Positions 1-12,194 of a stretch of DNA of 64,000 nt are shown piece after piece. Where the stretch lies: assembly GCF_048593235.1 (NCBI RefSeq), contig NC_133620.1, forward strand, positions 373,331,261-373,395,260. The letters are read 5' to 3'. A model generated the notes under the pieces. The model worked only from the letters and a program-made list of their open reading frames with translations, searched no databases and had not been told where the DNA came from. The translations under genes and the position numbers were made by a program. This stretch comes from Sminthopsis crassicaudata. Its lineage: Eukaryota. Positions within the stretch are counted from its first letter, which is position 1. Each line of letters starts with the position of its first letter.

Positions 1-128
1 GGGTACCACGTGGCTGCCTAAAAAAGCCCAATTGGAAACAGTGCAGGTCAAAGCTCAGCCACGGTGGAACTAGCCTGTGAGTGGCCATTGCACTTCCATC
101 CTGGAAGAGTTAGGGAGACCCAGTCTCT
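1..128 (+). pseudogene. Decayed 7SL (SRP) RNA copy, 3' half, cut by the window edge
   Basis: Colinear blocks match recalled 7SL: GGGTACCAC..GGCTGCCTAA, GGAAACAGTGCAGGTCAAA (cf. GGAAACGGAGCAGGTCAAAA), GCCTGTGAGTGGCCATTGCACT (cf. GCCTGTGAATAGCCACTGCACT), GAGACCCAGTCTCT (cf. GAGACCCCGTCTCT). Two internal deletions. Confidence 0.8.
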
Positions 129-148
129 CCCCGCCAAAAATTGGGGAA

Positions 149-249
149 AGAGCAGCATTGGGGAGGACCCAAGTTCAAAGTCAGCCTCAGATATGACTAG
201 GTATCTGACCCTGGGCAAGCCATTTAACCCCCATTGCCAATAAAAAAAA
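149..249 (+). mobile_element. 5'-truncated marsupial CORE-SINE (WSINE1-like) with A tail
   Basis: GGAGGACCCAAGTTCAAA B-box, TGACCCTGGGCAAGCCATTTAACCCCCATTGCC, then an A run. Confidence 0.75.
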
Positions 250-1129
250 TGTTTAAGTTAAATTTTTAGAAAAATTAATGTACTTTAGGTTAAGAGCTCC
301 TGGATGAGACAGATGCTAAGATATAATTCTCCATCTTTACATCCTATGATTCCCCAGAACAGAGAAGGGAAACTGAAGCCTACAGAGACACATGGATTGG
401 GGGTCAGGGTACCCAAGTTTGTCTCATTTTTTTCTGACTCAGCTGCTTGAAAAATCTCTAGCTCCTCATGTCTGTTTCCTGAGGGGGTAGAGGAACTGGG
501 GGAACCTCCTAGCCACCCCCAGAGCTCATTATGCAAATGAAAGAAGCCTGAGAATGGAAACGGTTTGAAAGGCAGGTCCAAGCCTATAATCAGCATCTCC
601 AGAGCCCAGGAGGGAGGGCAGCCTTCTTTCCCTCTGTCCCCAGGCCTATCCTGGGCTCCTGAGCACTATGTAGCTCAGAGGCCCCTCCAGGACAACCTGG
701 ACTTCTCTCCTCGGCAGGGTCCTGAATTCTGGGATTCATTCTGCTGCTATCATTTTTTTTTTTTTTTTGGTAGTAGTTCTTCCCCTTTCTAGGCCTGTTT
801 CCTTTATTCAGCAAACAATTCTTAACCACAAGCTTTGTGCAAGGGGCTGCTCTTGATGTTAGAAACACAGACAAGAAATAAAATCATTCCTACCCTCAGG
901 GAGTGTAATGATGTTTACCAGTAAAATGACGTTGATTCAGGAGATGGCAGATTCTTGTCAGCTGTCAAAATCCTAGAGTCTTACATGCTATAAAGTTCAA
1001 ATATAGTCAGTTAACTACTCTTCCCCTGGAGATGGTCCAGAAGTTGCATAAGTTACAGCCTCTGCCTGGATAAGGCAAGACTAAAGGCCATTCTGTTGGG
1101 CCTCCCTTCATGTTCTCATCTCTTCCATA

Positions 1130-1730
1130 GCAGTAGCTGGCCCAGTGGACAGAGCGTTTTATCTAGAGTCTGGATAGACGTAAGCTCAAAATCAGCTTCA
1201 GCCATCAACTGTAAGACTCTGGCAAAGTTACTTGCCCTCTTGTCCTAGTTCTTCAACTATAAAATGGGGATAACAGCTACTTTGCAAGATTTTGAGTACC
1301 CAGCACATAGCAGGCACCTCTATACTTCCTCTGTGGACTCAGTCATTTTTACTTCCCTTTAAATTCCTCCTCCATTCCTGGATATGCTGATCTACACTTA
1401 GTAAATACACAAACTCTGCACTTAGTAAATCCTCAGTTTCCTCAGCTGTAAAAATGAGGGGATAAATCTAGTTAACCTCAAAGGTCCCTTTCAATTCTAA
1501 ATCCTTTGATTTATGAAGCCAAAAAAAGTTCCCAGCATTTCCTTCCTGTTCCTGACATGATTCTGGAAAGAACATTAAATAGGGAACCCGAAGAACCAGC
1601 TAGCTTCCAGACCTGCATCTGCTACTAAGAGATTCAGTAATATTAGGCAAGCCCCCTTTCTGAGCCTCAGGGGTCAAATCTGTAAAATGGAGAGGAGTTG
1701 GACTAGAGGAACTCTAAGATTCTAACTCTT
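1130..1730 (+). mobile_element. Cluster of MIR/MIR3 SINE relics (~1130-1320, ~1410-1512, ~1605-1730)
   Basis: CORE motifs CTCAGTTTCCTCAGCTGTAAAAATGAGG, CTATAAAATGGGGATAA and CTGTAAAATGGAGAGG, with MIR3-type tails. Confidence 0.65.
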
Positions 1731-2544
1731 CTGTCCTGATTCATCCCAGTAGCCAAACTAGAAAATTGAAATCCCAGGAATAGGGCACAGTTAGGAAGCT
1801 CCTGCCTCTAGTGCACTGAAATCTTCAAGACTGTTCAAAGGAATCTAGGGTACAAAGAAATTCAAAAAAGTGAGGGGAGACAAAGGGCTAAGGAAAAAAG
1901 GGGCGCTGTGTGCAGCTCCTGCTTCAGGGGGCCCTGCCACCTTCAACTCCTCCTTAAAGTCCTTTCTCTCTCTAAAGTTTCTCCCTCACCTGCCCTCCTT
2001 CAGTTCCATTTTTTAACATCCTTCATGGCTGAGTTCTCCTGAGTTCGAATCCTGATGCCCCTTTATGCTAACCTGCATGACCCACAGCCTTCTCCACTCC
2101 CAGCAGCATAGTTGACTCAATTTCTTCGGCTCCCCCACCTCTCGCGTCTCCCTGGGCTGAGTTTAACCCCAAATCTCCCCTCCTCTGATCCTCCACCTTG
2201 TGCCCAGGTAATAGCATCAATCTCCTTTGGACCTTTAGGCTCTTCTCTCCCCACCCCCATTCCAAGGAGCCAGGTCCGGCTACCCAGAAATACCGTTCTG
2301 CCTGTACATCTCATTTGCAAGGTTTCCTAAGGGGGAAGAGTTAGATGCCCCAAAAGTAGCAAAGCTCTGATTGGGATCAGAGCTCAGGAAGGACTCTGTG
2401 AGGTCACCAACGAAAACTCTCCTTCCCTAAAGAGATTCAGAAACAGGACAGCCAGCTAGTTTTGGTGGAGAGACAGAGGATCATGGGACTTTTGGGTTCT
2501 TTGTCCATTACAAAAATGACAAAATTGACAAAAATGTGAAGCCA

Positions 2545-2560
2545 GTGCGCCGCCTAGTGC
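2545..2560 (-). promoter_or_regulatory. Possible CTCF site downstream of PBXIP1
   Basis: Reverse complement GCACTAGGCGGCGCAC resembles the CTCF core. Motif only. Confidence 0.35.
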
Positions 2561-2853
2561 CCCCCTTTGCCCCCACCCCAATATCCAGAGATGGCGGGGA
2601 GCCTGAGGAACAAGTTCTGGGGCTGGGCCAAGGAAGCTGCGGCGTTGGGTGGAAGGGAACTGTCAGGGAGTAAGTGCTGGGCTTCAAGCCTGAATGCTGG
2701 AGATGAAGTATTTGGGATCGGGGCTGGGACAGCCAATTTCCACAGCTTCTCCAAGGGTCCCAGGGGATGGCGGACCCAGTGAGAGAGCTCCCCCATCCCG
2801 TCCCCATTCCCCTGCCATTTAAACAGCCACAGCCACATTACCAACAAAGGCAC

Positions 2854-2859
2854 TTTATT
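2854..2859 (-). terminator. PBXIP1: PBXIP1 polyadenylation signal AATAAA
   Basis: TTTATT on +, ~670 nt past the stop codon. Confidence 0.7.
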
Positions 2860-3526
2860 GAATTCAGTGTTGACCGAGTGTCCAAGTCAAAAGCCTGGAA
2901 GCAAGGGAGTGGACCTCCCAACTCTACACCTACAGACAAATCTAAGTGGGTCCCAGGCCCCACAAGCTGCATCCCACACTGAGCAAACCAAGCGTGGCTG
3001 GAGCATGGAGAGTGTTCCCAAGAAGCCCCGGCACCTCTCATACATATACAGAAGGCAGCGAGGGGAGGGCTGATGTATCAAACTTCACCACAGGATTGGC
3101 TCCCCCTTTGGGGCCCACACCCTGCCCCCGCGCCCCGAGGAGCAGCCCCCTTTGGCACACATTGCTTGGGCCCGGAGCCAACCATGTGTCCATCCAGGAA
3201 CCTGAGGGGAAGAGGGCCCAACTGTATCCACACACATAAATAAGCAAAAGCAGCATCAGAGCACTTTCAAGCTAAAGTGGCGACTCCTGAGCAAGCTGGG
3301 GTTTGAGCTTTCAACCTACTTCCTCCTGGCAGTGAAGCCATGCCAGTGCCAGGGGGAGGCGCTACATTAATGCCCCCCCCAACTGGGGTCACAGACCTCC
3401 CCAAAAATACACCACACCCATGCAGTGATCGATGAAAATTGAAGGAGGCCAGGCCCCCCCAATTTCTCTGATGGCTGGCAGAGCAATGGGCAAATGCCGG
3501 GCACTGAGCCCCCGCAGCTGTCTTCC

Positions 3527-6500
3527 TCAGCCTTCCCGGTAGTTTCTGGGCCCCTTCTGATACTTGTCCTTCTTCCCAGACCTGCAGGAAGACATGGTGG
3601 GACACAGACAGGTTAACATGAGTGCTGACCCAAGGATGCAGACCAGAGAAACAAGTCCAAGGTTAAGTGACAGAAAAGGGGCTCCTGAAGGTGCCTCACA
3701 CATGCATACAAAAAGGCCCAGGCCTGCTGAAGGACTGCTGCCCATCCCCAATTTTGGTCTCCGGTTGGAAAGGCGGCAGTAACAGGGATGGGGAAGATGA
3801 AGACGGGCCCTCCCACAGGCCAGGGAGGAGAGCTAGAGGCCCACTTCCCAACTTCCACTCCAATTTTCAGCGGAAGTTTGCTGTTGCTGGAGCCAAACCT
3901 CACCCTAAGCCTTGAACCTCTAACTCCTTAGTTCTTTAGTGGATCAAGAATTTCCTGGGCCAGCTCCAGTGTACCCCACCCAACCCCGCCCCTCCCCGGG
4001 CCCCGAATTTCTTCCCCCCAGGGCTCCCAGACCTCTTCCTCAGCGCCTTGTCCCCCAAGAAATGGCCAAAGATGAAGTCCTCAAAGTCATCAACTTCATC
4101 GTCATCGCCCGTCTCTCTGACTGCAGCCTCCTCCAGGCTGTCCTCCATGGCCTCCACAAAGTCTGAGAAATGAAGGCGGTCATGGCGAAAGAGGCCATCC
4201 TCACCAAAGTAGGTGGACAGGGCAGAGAGAGGCTCAGGAAGCCGCTGGCCCCAGGGCAGCCGGGCCAGGTACTTCTGCAGCAGCGACACAAGCTCCTGTT
4301 TCCGAACTGGGGGCAGCTCCACCCCAAAGGTGGTGAGCCCTTCCTGGCGGGCACACTCAGTGACGTCGGAGCAGCCCTGCGGCAGGCGGTACTTGTGGCT
4401 CAGCACCTTCCTCCAGGTCAGCTGGGGATCCTGGGGGCTGGGGCCGCTGCCCTTGGCCCCTTCCCTCTGTGCCGGGTGCTTCTGCCCCTCACTGCCTCTG
4501 GAGCCTCCCCAGCTCTTGTTGGGAGCCTCCTTCACCCCTTTCCACTCCCTAGCATCCTTGCCCCTGAACTCTGCAGGCCCTTGCTTCTCTTCCTTCCACT
4601 TCTTCTCATCCTTCCACTTCTCGTCCTTCCACTTCTTCTCATCCTTCCACTTCTCGTCCTTCCACTTCTTCTCATTCTTCCACTTCTCGTCCTTCCATTT
4701 CTCATCCTTCCACTTCTCTGACTGCCCACCTTCTTTGCCCTTGAAGCTCTTCTTCCTTTCTCCAACATATTCCTCCTTGTGCTTCCACTTCTCTGCCTTG
4801 TGGTCCCCCTGGCCATCCTTCCACTTCTTCTGACCAGGCTCCCGGGGGCTCCTGAAGTGGGCTCCTCCTTGCCCCCAGGCCTCAGATGTATTGGCCAGAC
4901 CCCTGGAGGCCCGGCCCTCCCTGGGGCTCCAGCTCTCTGCCCTCTGCAGCTCTACAGCCAGCCTCCGCCCCAACTCTGCCAGATCTGCTCGGTCCCCATC
5001 CCCCAGCCCCGACTCATGCAGGCTCCTCTCCAGCTCCCTCTGCACTGAGCTCAGTAGCAGCCTTTGCTTCTCTAGTTCCTTGCACAGCATCTGGGCCTCG
5101 GCCTCCAATTGCTCCTTCTGCTCCAGGAAACCCTGGGGCTCCACCACCTCGGGGGTCTTCCCTGCACTCTGGCAGGTCCCATCCATTGTCTGTGAATAGG
5201 TCTCTTCCAGCTCCCCCAGGCGGCTCCGGAGCTCCTGCATCTCCGATTCCAGCACCTGCTGGGAGGCTTCTCGCTGCTGCAGGGCTCCCCGGAGTCTCTC
5301 GTTCTCTTCCTCCAGGCCCGGGCGTCTGTGCAGCAAGTTCTGGAGCTCTTCCTTCTGAGCCTGGCAGGGAGGAAGAAGATGGGGAGAGAGCTGAATGGTC
5401 TAAGAACCCACAAGGAGACAGGAACGTGGGGCAGTAACCATGCCCAAAAAATAGTTGTTCTTTCACCTCCAATTCCATCTAGAGAGAGAACTCTGCCATC
5501 ACCAAAGCCCCAAAGTCCACCCAGGGAAGCTCTCCTCTCAACTCGGAATCAGAGAGGATCAGAACTGGAAGGGATCTCAGAGATAAATTAACCACCCAGC
5601 CCACCAGATGAAATACTGAGGGCCACAGCAGGGGATGGGGGACTTACCCAAACTTTCAAGGACACCCCAAGGCCAATGTTTTTTCCCACATCATTAACAG
5701 GAGTATCCTGCCAGCTTACAAGCAGTCTGCTCCCCTACCTGCAACTGGGCCTGAAGGAGCCGGATGTCCTGATTCTCTTTGGCCAGCTTGTCCAGCAGGA
5801 GGCTCATGGACTGGAGGTTTGGGAGACTTTCAGCCTGTTGCTGCCTCAGACCGCCCTTGGGGACAGGAAGGTTGGGGGTCACACACACATAACTAGAACC
5901 AGCCCCCTCTGCACAGATACATACACGTGGGAGTGAGCACCCAGACACATGGAAACACAAACACCACCTGGATATCCTCAATGCCTTGAGACTCAGATTC
6001 TGGAGTCGCTTCTGGTTCCAAGTTCTCGGCTGGCCCTGGCAAAGAAAGAGAGGCAGTCTGGGAAGCTGGGCACTCACCAGCTACCCAAATCCTACAAGAC
6101 AATGAAGAATCCAAAACTGTCTCAGTGCAATGTTATAGTATAGTGAGAGGCGCGCGCACACACATATACACATACTTCTTCCTCCCCTCCCTCCTTCCTC
6201 TCAGATCTCTGAGATCCTGTAGCCTAGGAACTCTGATTAGGGTTACCCTTAAACTTATTTTACATGTTGGAAAAGACAGACTTAATCATTCATCCTCCCT
6301 TCAACCCCCAGCTCCCAGACATTCAGTCTGAGAACTAAAATATCAGACACATAGGCCTGAGCCAGGCCCCCTTCTCACTCACCAGCCTCAAGGTCAGAGA
6401 AACCACCTGGAGACAGATGGAGGAGTCTGGGTGAGTCCCCTCCGGCATCAGAGTGGGGGAGAGGGGCAGGGAGAGGAAAAGCAGAATCAGGACACTGGTC

Positions 6501-9500
6501 AGAAAAAGGAGCAAGGTTTGGACAGAAGGGGAGCAGGGGCCAGAGAGAAGGACAGGGCAGTAAGGGCCACAGGCGCTCACCAGAGAAGAAGAGGAAGCCG
6601 AACCCCACGAGGACCAGAGCGCCGAGGAGACAAGTGTTCAGGGTGAGCCCGAGCTCTCCACTTCCTCCCTCGCTGCTGGCCTGGTCATGCACCCCCAAGG
6701 AGGCTTGAGGATGGAGCGGGTTGGATGCCCGGCCCCGACGCCTCCTCAGGCCCTCCACATCGACATCGTCCTCACTGCTCGAACAGCTGAATTCCTCGCC
6801 AACCACACCTGGAGTGGGGGAAAGGCAGAAGTGGAGACTTAGCTAAAATCGCAAAAACACCACGGAGGCGGACACAGAGGGGGAGAGGGAGTGGTGGTTG
6901 CAGTCCCTTGCGGTCCCCCACTGGCCGGTGTCGGCCCGATGCTCACTAGCCATGCAATTCTAAGCTGCAGCATGAACCTAAGAACACTGCCCATCAAACA
7001 GGATTGGAGTGAGGATCAAATATGAGAACTGGAAGATTCCCATGGGGAGCCTGGGGCCCATGTGCAGGGCTCAAAAGCTATCCAGCAAGGAGGAATGGTG
7101 ACCCAGTACTCTGGGAGGGGCCGGTGGGAGAGATTGAAGCATCAGGCAGGACAGGGTAGACAAAGGAGAGAGGGAGGTGGCTCCTCACCTGCTTTAGAGG
7201 GCTGCAGGACAGTCTTTGGGCCCTTCTGATCCAGGATGTCTGACTCCAGCTCTGCCCCTTCTGTGGCCTCTGGCAGCTTCCCCTTTGTCTCTTCTTCGTC
7301 TGGACTTGGAAGGTCCAAGCTCTTCCCGCTGCTTTCCAGGGAAACCTGACACACAGTAAGAGCCCTGAGCATGGCTTCTGCTCCTCCGCCCCCAGCTTGC
7401 CACCCCCATTTTACAGGAGAGGAGACAGTCTAATGGTCACAATGAATCAATTCAAAATTGGAGACTTAAAAGCAGGCCTGCCAATCCCCAATGCTTTTAG
7501 CCGCCATCTCTTCCCTGGGGAGGGACCCACCTTGACATCTGTGACATCCTCTGGGAGGCCGGCATCAGGCTGGACAGGAGGCTTCTGGGGAACAGCAGGG
7601 GCTGGGGGGGAGGGAGAGTCGAGAAGAAGGCTCAGAGAAACTGCTACTCAGCCTCCTTCGGAAGAACTGGCCCCTGTATGCCAACAAGTCTCTCTGGCCC
7701 CAGGTTAGAGTGAGGAAAAGGCAAGAACCAGGTGAGCATGGGAATCAACTGATATGGAGGGTGGGGAGAGTAGAAGGCTGAGGTGACGGGCAGTAAAAGG
7801 AGGCGAGGGAACTCTCTTCCAAGGGAATGCAGAAGCATGTCTGCTCCCCTCCCTCCCAGGGCTGTTTACCCTCTCCATCCACGGCTCCTGCATGTCCACT
7901 TGTTGAGATCTGTGGAGCTGTATCAGATTCTGGGCCCAGAGTCTCTACTGGCAAACAGCCCTGGAGGAAGAAGGGTACCATTTACTGCTGGTGGAAGCTG
8001 CTGCACCCGCTCTCCAGTGCCCCATCTGGGTACTTTGGGCTGAGCTTTAGCAGATCCATGACACGGTCTGTGACCCTCATCTCTCTCTGCATCCTTTCCT
8101 TCGGCAAGCCCTATCCCTTCCCTCTCTGTAAGACCACTGCGACTCCCTCTTCTTCCCCAGTGTGGTGGTGGTGTGACAAGGACACCTGTGGCTCTCACAT
8201 CGGCTCTGTCACACTCGCTTGTACGACATGAGGGGAGTTACTTCACAAGCTCTTTGGGATTTAGTTTCTTTAGCTGTAAAATGAGATGTCTAGACCAGAT
8301 GACTTCTAAGGCCATCTCTGCACCTGACACATTCAAATTCACACTCATTATTTCTGTAGAGAACTGGTCCCAGAGCCAAGGAGGCCTTGGTTCATGGCCC
8401 ACCACTGACAAGGACTGCAGCTGTCACCTGAAGCAAGTCACTGCCTCTCACTCAGACCAATACCTCTCTTAATCTGGAAGTTAAGAGAACAGGCCTCCTT
8501 CAGAGGCCAAGGGAATTTCCTTATGGGGAGTTCCCTATGCTAATTAAACCATAAATAAATAATTAAAGCATTAGTCCCTCTCCCTCTCTCTGTATTTGTG
8601 CACATCCTCAGTTAGGTTTGAGATTCTTAAAGGTCAGAACTAAGTTTTTGTTCACTTCAGGAGCTCCACTGCCTTGTGAATAATCAATGTTAATTGAATT
8701 AAATGAAAACTTAGGTCCTCCACAGTCTGTTTCCAAATTACCATTGCAGTCTGATCTCTTACTCCTCCCAGGTGAACCCTCCACTCCAAACCCGGACCAA
8801 TTCATCCCTCTGAGATCCTTTAAGACCCAGCTCAAGCCCCACCTCCTACCAGAACAGTCACCAACCAGCCAGCTCAGCCCACTGTGTTCTCCAGAGCCAA
8901 GGGGCAGTGTCTTAGAGCAAAGATCTTGCTGGATTTGGAATTCCAAAGAGTGGTTAAAAATACCACTTTGCCGTGTGACCTCTCTGAGCCTTCATTTCTA
9001 CAAACAGGATAATAATAATAACACTCTGGGGTCTGTCCCACAGCTGTTATCTGGCTCAAGTGAGCTCATGGATAAAGTGCTTTAAAAACTTTTAAGATAT
9101 CACATGAATGTCAATCACCGGTCTTTCCCTAAAATCTCGCAGCCACTAACTGTTTATACCCGTCATTTAGCCTTTATCACATAAGTGGCAGGCAGGATAG
9201 ACTGCTTGTGACATGTCACCAAAAGGCACGTTACCCAGTTAGTTACACCATCCATATAGTGCGGAGCTGATCCTCACCCATCCTACCCCTGCTGTTGGGT
9301 GACCAAGTCTCACAGAAGACACATTAAAGAATCACAGATTCTCCAAACTGATGCAGGGGTCCTCTACTGGGAAATGACAGGAATCCTTCTGCAACATCCC
9401 TAAAGAGCTCCAGCAATTGTCACTGAAACCAGGGCCTATACCGTTTCTGAGGTGCCCTTTAGCCTCTGGCTCACTGCTTTAGCTGGAGCACAGGTATTTA

Positions 9501-10419
9501 GGAGATGCTACAACCACTGATGTTTCCTCCATACATCTGCCCCTTTTACTTTTGCATTTCTGATGCAGTGCCTTGCAGACTACTAAGTGTTTATAGTGCT
9601 GGTACGATTCCCCTCTCCTCAATGAGTCTGCTCCTTCTTCTAACTCCCCTTATTTGATAATTCAGAAGTATAGAGTCATTCCAGCCCTTTCTCTTTGCTA
9701 CCTCTATCTGTGGACCTCCTGCTTCCCACTCATTCTCCCAGCCATTCAAATCTACACCAAGGTATCAGGGGAAAGAAGGGGTTCAGCACTCTGGACATCA
9801 GCTGCCTCCTTAACACTGAGAGCTCTTTCCTGCTTCCCCCCAAGGACTTCAGATTTCTTAAGGCTCCTCTCCCTTTTCCCTTCCACCATTCTTATTTTAT
9901 TATTCTATCTGGGCAAACCTGTCCCATTATTTCCACCTAGGCCTCCCTCGTTCTCCACAGAAGGGGTCATTCCAACCCTCCAGGATCACCTTGTAACCTG
10001 TTCTCCTGACCCTATTTTGTACTAGACTTCTCAAGGAGCCTTCCTAGACTAATGCCTCTGGCTCCACTCACCCTATTCTCTTCCCAGTCTCGAGTACTAG
10101 TAACTAAACCTTCTGCCTGGATACCTTTATCTCTGTCTGGGGCCTGGGTCTGCATCCTTGGGGGGGCTGGGGACCTCTCCCCCTATATTGTCTCCATCAA
10201 ACTGAAGCCTTGGTGGATAAGGACTCTTCCGGCTTCCCCTACCCCTCCACTGTAGCAGCCAGTGAGGATACTGAGAACCCAAGAGGGAATGGACTGGGAA
10301 TCCCCACCCCCCACCCAGACACATTCTGGCTCTCCCCTGACATTCCCAGTCTCTCCCTGCCTTACCTCTGAGCCAGCAATCACCCAGCTATTATCCGACT
10401 CTGGGCTGGAAGACTCCAT
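3527..10419 (-). CDS. PBXIP1: PBX homeobox-interacting protein 1 (HPIP), 730 aa, 10 coding exons
   Basis: complement(join(3527..3581,4033..5360,5739..5855,5968..6035,6383..6406,6581..6808,7189..7345,7531..7601,7870..7960,10366..10419)); 2193 nt, all GT-AG, phases consistent. Diagnostic peptides: MESSSPESDNSWVIAGSE, LPVETLGP, SSSEDDVDVEGLRRRRGR, TM segment LLGALVLVGFGFLFFSG, LDKLAKENQDIRLLQAQLQ, FRHDRLHFSDFVEAMEDSLEE, DDEVDDFEDFIF. The exon at 7531..7601 is the least certain. Confidence 0.93.
4585..4719 (-). repeat. Coding tandem repeat, 8 units of WKDEK/WKDEKK (15/18 nt), in the large PBXIP1 exon
   Basis: Translation KWKDEKWKDEKWKNEKKWKDEKWKDEKKWKDEKWKDEKKWKEEK. On +, the units are CTTCCACTTCTCGTC and CTTCCACTTCTTCTCATC. 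Confidence 0.95.
8204..9115 (+). mobile_element. MIR3 (~8204-8330) and MIR (~8900-9115) relics in a PBXIP1 intron
   Basis: CTGTAAAATGAGATGTCTAGACCAGATGACTTCTAAGG; TGTGACCTCTCTGAGCCTTCATTTCT...GATAAAGTGCTTT. Confidence 0.6.
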
Positions 10420-10711
10420 TCCTGGAGGACCTCAATAGACACCGCCTGCTGAGAAGAGGGATTAGAAAGGGAAGCACCCTTAGAGATCACCTTGGGATGT
10501 AGGGAAGACCTAGGGTGGGGGGAGGGAGGGCCACAGAGGGCACTGTCCAGCATCAGGACCCTGCCCTACTTTGGGTCCTTCTAAGGCCAAAGCTACCAAC
10601 TTGTGGGCAATATTTGACTTGCAAATGAGTATTTGCAAATGTCCACAAAAGAATATGCCTCTCCTGGGGATTGGCTGGCTGGCAAGAATGAGGAATGACC
10701 TTGAAAGGACA

Positions 10712-11060
10712 CAGAACTTCAGGGCTGGAAGAGATCTCAGGGACCATTTAGTTCAATTCTCCTTCATTTTTACAGCTGAAACTGTATCCCAGGGAGCCTG
10801 GGGGAGTGAGTCACTGAAGGTCCAGATCAGGGATAAGAAGCCAGGTTTCCTTGGGCAGTACTTTTCTCAATAAACCATTTTTCTCTCCTTATCTGTGCTC
10901 CCAGCCTCTCCCTCACCAGAGTAACACAATTAGAAGGCAACACGGTGCAGCTGAGGGCCCTGAGTGTGAATCCTAATTCAGCTACTTAGTATCCTGTGGC
11001 CTTGACCTACCCATTTGTAAAAGGGTGTGTGTGTGTGACCTAAGGGACCTTCAAGGTCCC
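10712..11060. mobile_element. MIR3 (-, ~10712-10852) and MIR-family (+, ~10935-11060) relics
   Basis: GGCTGGAAGAGATCTCAGGGACCATTTAGTTCAA...TTTTACAGCTGAAACTG; AATCCTAATTCAGCTACTTAG...CCCATTTGTAAAAGGG. Confidence 0.55.
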
Positions 11061-11289
11061 TCCCTGCTCGATATCTTCTCTGCAGCTGGTCCCCCCTGCT
11101 TTCAGGCAGACTCCCCCAGCAGGGAAAGCTCTCTGGCCCTTACAACGCTGCTCCCTCCTCCCATGCCCCCACTTTCCATCCTCCCCCCCCAAAATCAGTA
11201 AGAACCACAGCCACTCCATCTTGTGACTCAGTTCTGGAGTTAGCCCAGTTCTCTTCCTATTCAATTATGGACTAGTTCAACTTCTGTCT

Positions 11290-11853
11290 TGTGAAAAAAC
11301 TTTATTTAATTGTGGAGATAGTGAGAAAATCTCACTGCATTGTTTAAACCAACCCTGCCTAGCTCTCTCTGCCTGCTCCTTGGAGATCTTTAACTAAGGA
11401 CCAGAAGCCAGATCAGATCCAAAGACTGATGGGAGGAATTTTCTCACAATTATACATCTCAAGAAACCCATGTGCCTTATCTGAAAACCAACCCCTTGCT
11501 GGTTGATCAGTTACTGGTTCTCAATGGAATACAGACACCTGGGGGGAGGGGACATCTCTTTTTTTCTGATACCAGGGGGTTGCCCCTTTTGGCCTTCCTC
11601 TTCCCAATTCAGAAAGCCCCCAACTCTTCCTCCAGTTAGAATCAGATGATCTAATTAAATATCCTACTTTGTATCCTGCATTGTTATCTTTGTTATCTTT
11701 GAATGCATAAAACCATCTTCCTCGGTATAGGAGGTCCCAGCTGAGGAGGTCTGCTGCTGGTTAGGCAAATGGCAAGCACTACTAAAAAATAGATCTGGGA
11801 AGTTCCAACCTATTCCTCAGTTATTTCATCTTTAACCTTCCTCAGCCATCACA
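11290..11853 (+). mobile_element. Possible solo LTR
   Basis: TG...CA termini ~560 bp apart, with a TATA-like GCATAAAA and an A-rich signal near the 3' end. No target-site duplication found. Confidence 0.25.
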
Positions 11854-12194
11854 GACCTAAACTTCATCCAGATTCCTCTGGCTAGTCACTTCCTCAGTCC
11901 TCAATCTTGAGGCCTGGGGGGGGGGGGGGATGTCTTTCCTGGATCTCTCACTCTTCCAAGATCCAGCTTTCTAATTTCATAGCATTCCCCTCCCCCCAAA
12001 GGGCTGGATTTGTAGGCAAGAGGGGAGAATTCAAGTCCCAGCTTGGCACAAACTGAGTGGACTTGGGGCAAATGACTTTATCTCTATGAACTTCAGCTCC
12101 CTTAACTGGTAAAGTGGGCATCATGAGAAAAGTGCTCTAAAAACCATAAGATTCTAAATAAGTGGGGGCTAATATTCAGTGGCTCCTTATTACT

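Noticed and set aside
250-2800. PMVK, expected next to PBXIP1 by synteny
   Set aside because: No CpG island or PMVK-like exon is visible; it presumably lies left of the window.
4585-4719. Short direct-repeat array resembling CRISPR
   Set aside because: There are no unique spacers, the units are in-frame codons of a PBXIP1 exon, and the context is eukaryotic with no cas genes.
7644-7700. Alternative candidate for PBXIP1 coding exon 4 (ERLVGIQGPVLPKEAE)
   Set aside because: No GT donor in the needed phase, and the frame runs into TAG. The exon at 7531..7601 satisfies both phases and ends in the expected ...VK.
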